A DNA stretch of 64,000 nt, from the NCBI GenBank assembly GCA_951406725.2, contig OX597820.1, positions 37,200,001-37,264,000 on the forward strand. The letters run 5' to 3'. This document shows, piece after piece, positions 60,701-64,000 of this stretch. Each line of letters starts with the position of its first letter. Within the stretch, counting starts at the first letter, position 1. Source of the stretch: Octopus vulgaris. Its lineage: Eukaryota. The notes beneath the pieces were generated by a model, which did not search any database, was not told where the DNA came from, and saw only the letters and a list, made by a program, of their open reading frames with translations. The position numbers and the translations under genes were made by a program.

Positions 60701-62344
60701 CATCATATATAATTTCTATTTTTGCATTTGTAGTTTTGTACTATCCTTGCTAACCTAAATAAAAGGTGACCCATTTTATTTCGGTAAAATTTAAAACAAG
60801 ATTTTCTCTGTTTTGATCAAACAGCCACAAAACATTTTCCCCCAAGAAATTTCAAGTGCTAAAAAATGCATTGTTTCTGACTTGTATTTTTATAATGATG
60901 AATTGGTTCTCAAATTTAAAATATTATTCCACAAATTAGAAGGCAATGTAGCTTGTATCCTATAATTCTTTTTTTTTTCTTCGCCATGGTGAAGGACATC
61001 TTTAAAAAATTTAAATATTTTATATATATCACAATTTATTCATCCCCTTTTTAGTCCTCACTGACCCTTTCGGGAGAAACATTGATTTAATTTATGATAT
61101 AAATATTTTAATTTACAAAAGCTGGAAACATGTAGTCTTGATTGTACATCGTTGAAGCTTTAAAGGGAGAATTAAAAAGTTAAAAATCTGAAGTTACTAA
61201 GCTTTTAGCAATTGGCATAAATAAAGTTGTTTATTAGAAACTCAAGAGATTCGATTACTTATCTTAAAGGGATGTGTATGCATAGTAGTTTCACTTTCAT
61301 TATTTGTTTCATTCGTAAGAAATCTGACGTCTTTCATCTGAGATATACGAGTGGTTTTTAGATAACTGTCTTATTAAATGTTGTACGAAGTAATGAGAGA
61401 AAACCATCATTGAAATACCAATCTGAATGTCAAACAAGACGGATTTCAAAAAAATTTCTCATCATATTATTTGAACTAAAAATCTTCTTTGGCATAATGC
61501 GACAAAATAAACAAAATTAAACGTCAGAAACATTTGCTGATATACTTTAAGATGAAAAATGTAAAAACAAAAAGGTAATCCTTCAGTATTGGTACACGAT
61601 ATCGTTCATCCACACAACCTTCCCTCATGGCATAAAGAGGTTAGGCTGAAAAAAAGGGTGAATGATGTCTCCTCATATCAACACTGTAGATTGATACGGA
61701 AGGAGCACCAAAGAATAAATAAACAAAAACCTAGCTTTCCTTCTCTTTTTGCTTTCGATTCCAGAGGAAGTTGACATCGACTGTTTCTTGAGTCTGTCAA
61801 TTTCTTCCTCCAGATTGAGTAGTTTCTCCATATTGCTGACACTGATGTCTCAACAGGCTGATGCATGAAAAGAACGAGAATAAAGATGAGGAGGAAGAGT
61901 TGGCGGAGATGTAGTTACATTTTTCTTTTTATAAAGAGTGAATAAATGAAAAATTAAATAGATTTAAAAAAAAAAGTCTTTGCATAACCCCAGGATTCAC
62001 AATTTTCTTAACGTGAAAGTTACACTATCCTTTTTACAGAGTAAATTGATCCCTTCAAAATCATTTAAGAGTGTCTTGGAGAATGTAAACTTTTAAGTTT
62101 ATTGCCAGGATTAAAATACAATGTTTATCATGACAAGAGAAAAATTACTTGGTTATCAGTTATTAAAGAATCTCATTGATAAAAAAACCGCTTAAAATTT
62201 ATAACTCATTAAAACTGTAGTATTCTCGATGACAGAAAATAATCCTGTACACAGCACCAGATTATTTCCTATTACAGTAATCTGTCGCCATTTCGCGGTT
62301 TATTATTTAAGCTTACGTTGATTCCTCTGTGATGTTGTTTTGCA

Positions 62345-62527
62345 TTGGCATGTAAAAAGCACCCACTACACTCGCGGAGTGGTTGGCGTTAGAAAGGGCA
62401 TCCAGCTGTAGAAACTCTGCCAGATCAAACTGGAGCCTGGTGCAGCCCCTGGCTTCCCAGACCCCGGTCGAACCGTCCAACCTGTGCTAGCGCAGAAAAC
62501 GGACGTTAGACGATGATGATGATGATG
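62345..62527 (+). mobile_element. RTE/SINE 3'-tail fragment
   Basis: Shared tail sequence ending in (GAT)n. Confidence 0.85.
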
Positions 62528-62555
62528 AAATTATAGATATAATAAAAAAAATATA

Positions 62556-62637
62556 CAGTACACTTTCTACTTCGCGGATTTTTACCTATCGCAGGGGTTT
62601 TTGGAACATAACACCCGCGATAGTCGAGGGGTTACTG
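62556..62637. mobile_element. 82-bp pogo/Tigger-type MITE
   Basis: TA|CAGTA...TACTG|TA with imperfect TIRs. Confidence 0.7.
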
Positions 62638-62942
62638 TATTTATCGATTTGCAAATCTAGATATCTCTCTCTTATGAAGATCACTAGAACTGGAATTAAA
62701 GCTGCATTTGACATCTCATTTCCCTTGATATCACTCATCTATTACCTTCATATCTTGGTAGAATCTTACTACTTGTTCATCACTGACGTCTCCCAAATTC
62801 TGTGCAAACTGATCTGAGTGACTGTATCTTGATGCATATTTTGCATCCCAGTGAATAAAAATACCAAAACATTTTTCCAATAATTTCCTGGTAATTCACT
62901 ACTTCGTTGGACCCCGTTTTTTAACGCATATCATGTTATCTG

Positions 62943-63250
62943 TCTCTATATATAAAACACAGGATGTGTGTCTGTGTGTGTGTTTGTCATGTAAAAGCTC
63001 GAAATTCACCCAATCGATTTTAATGAAATTTTACACATGCATTACATAGCGTCCATGCGGGCACAGGGGAGATAAACCGCATTTTAAAAGAATTTTCGCA
63101 GTGTTAAGACCCGTAACTAGAAGAGTATCCAATCGCTTTCCTTCAAATTTGCAGCCAACATTAATCAGGCTCCTGGGATTGCTGTTGGCTAAACAAAATT
63201 TCCGACGCCAACTATGTCTCCCCCAACCACCATGCACATTAATTCGATTT
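62943..63250 (+). mobile_element. Helitron-like 5' end
   Basis: TCTCTATATATAAAA, then TGTGTGTCTGTG, then CGATTTTAATGAAATTTT, typical of non-autonomous Helitrons. Confidence 0.55.
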
Positions 63251-63255
63251 GAGTA

Positions 63256-63640
63256 GGATCTTTTCCTTTTGAACGGCATATGTCAACACAATTTCTAGTT
63301 AACTAAACACTTTTAAACTTCGTATACTGGTAGAATGTTTATAAAACATCATTTTTTCTTGGCTTTATTGAGAAAATTCTATAGTTTGTAAGATATTTCC
63401 ACTTTAAAATCGAGCATTTCGGCAATTTTAACCAATCGCTGACCTCCATTTAGGTAAACAACATTCCGTGCTGTATGAATATGTCCCTCCTTTAAGAAAC
63501 AGATTGGGTTTATTTACATTTGCGAAGAAAAAAAGATACCCCCCCAACCCTAAAACAGATTGAAATGCAATAGATCGATACTAGGGTTATAATTATGGGT
63601 GACATTTTCATTTGACACCGCTAGAAAAAAATCCAATTTT
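63256..63640. mobile_element. MITE of the 14543-14959 family
   Basis: GGATCTTTTCCTTTTGAACGGC start; near-colinear with 14543-14940. Confidence 0.8.
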
Positions 63641-64000
63641 CCGTAGCGGTGTCGTATAGAGTAAATGAGTAGCTAATAGTGATGTCCTGTATGAGGCATC
63701 TGTCTGTAACCCAAGGGCAAAGTCTGTGGGATCTCTATCCCACTGGCCCTAGAACTGAGGGAGTACTGACCGTGACTGGGGGGGGTCGTTTAATAATTTT
63801 ATATTTTTGTAACAAGCAAAGTGACTTGTATTCAGTAGATATGATAATCCTTGAAGAGCGACTCGAGTGGCTTGCTAAGCGAAGATAAAAATATATTTAC
63901 ATATACTCAATGAATGATTTTCTTAGCCCCAATTAAAACAGCGATAAATCGTAAACAGTAAAACTCACTGCCGGACTTAAGAAAGTAGCGAAGTACAGCA

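Overview
AT-rich, repeat-dense eukaryotic DNA. It is most likely an octopod cephalopod, inferred from the SINE/RTE repeat families and the KRAB-less C2H2 cluster. The window holds a tandem cluster of five paralogous C2H2 zinc-finger genes (four on +, one diverged copy on -), each with the whole CDS in one exon. Four show a conserved ETS-motif promoter and two predicted non-coding 5' exons. The spacers are filled with RTE LINEs, SINEs, Penelope-like elements and DNA-transposon relics (mariner, DD37D, hAT, piggyBac, Merlin, pogo, Chapaev-like, Helitron). The four most notable observations: (1) Penelope-type fold-backs carry minimal hammerhead-ribozyme motifs, and the one in the ZNF1 3' region has an intact antisense copy plus a sense copy with the inactivating G5A change at an A:C mismatch. 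(2) DNA-contact residues are hypervariable only in fingers 6-10. (3) A 22-finger gene arose by recombination at a 13-bp microhomology. (4) GG..CC, 8-9-bp-TSD (Merlin-type) MITEs inserted repeatedly and independently near the ZNF promoters. All coordinates were read by eye, and repeat boundaries are approximate unless a TSD is given.
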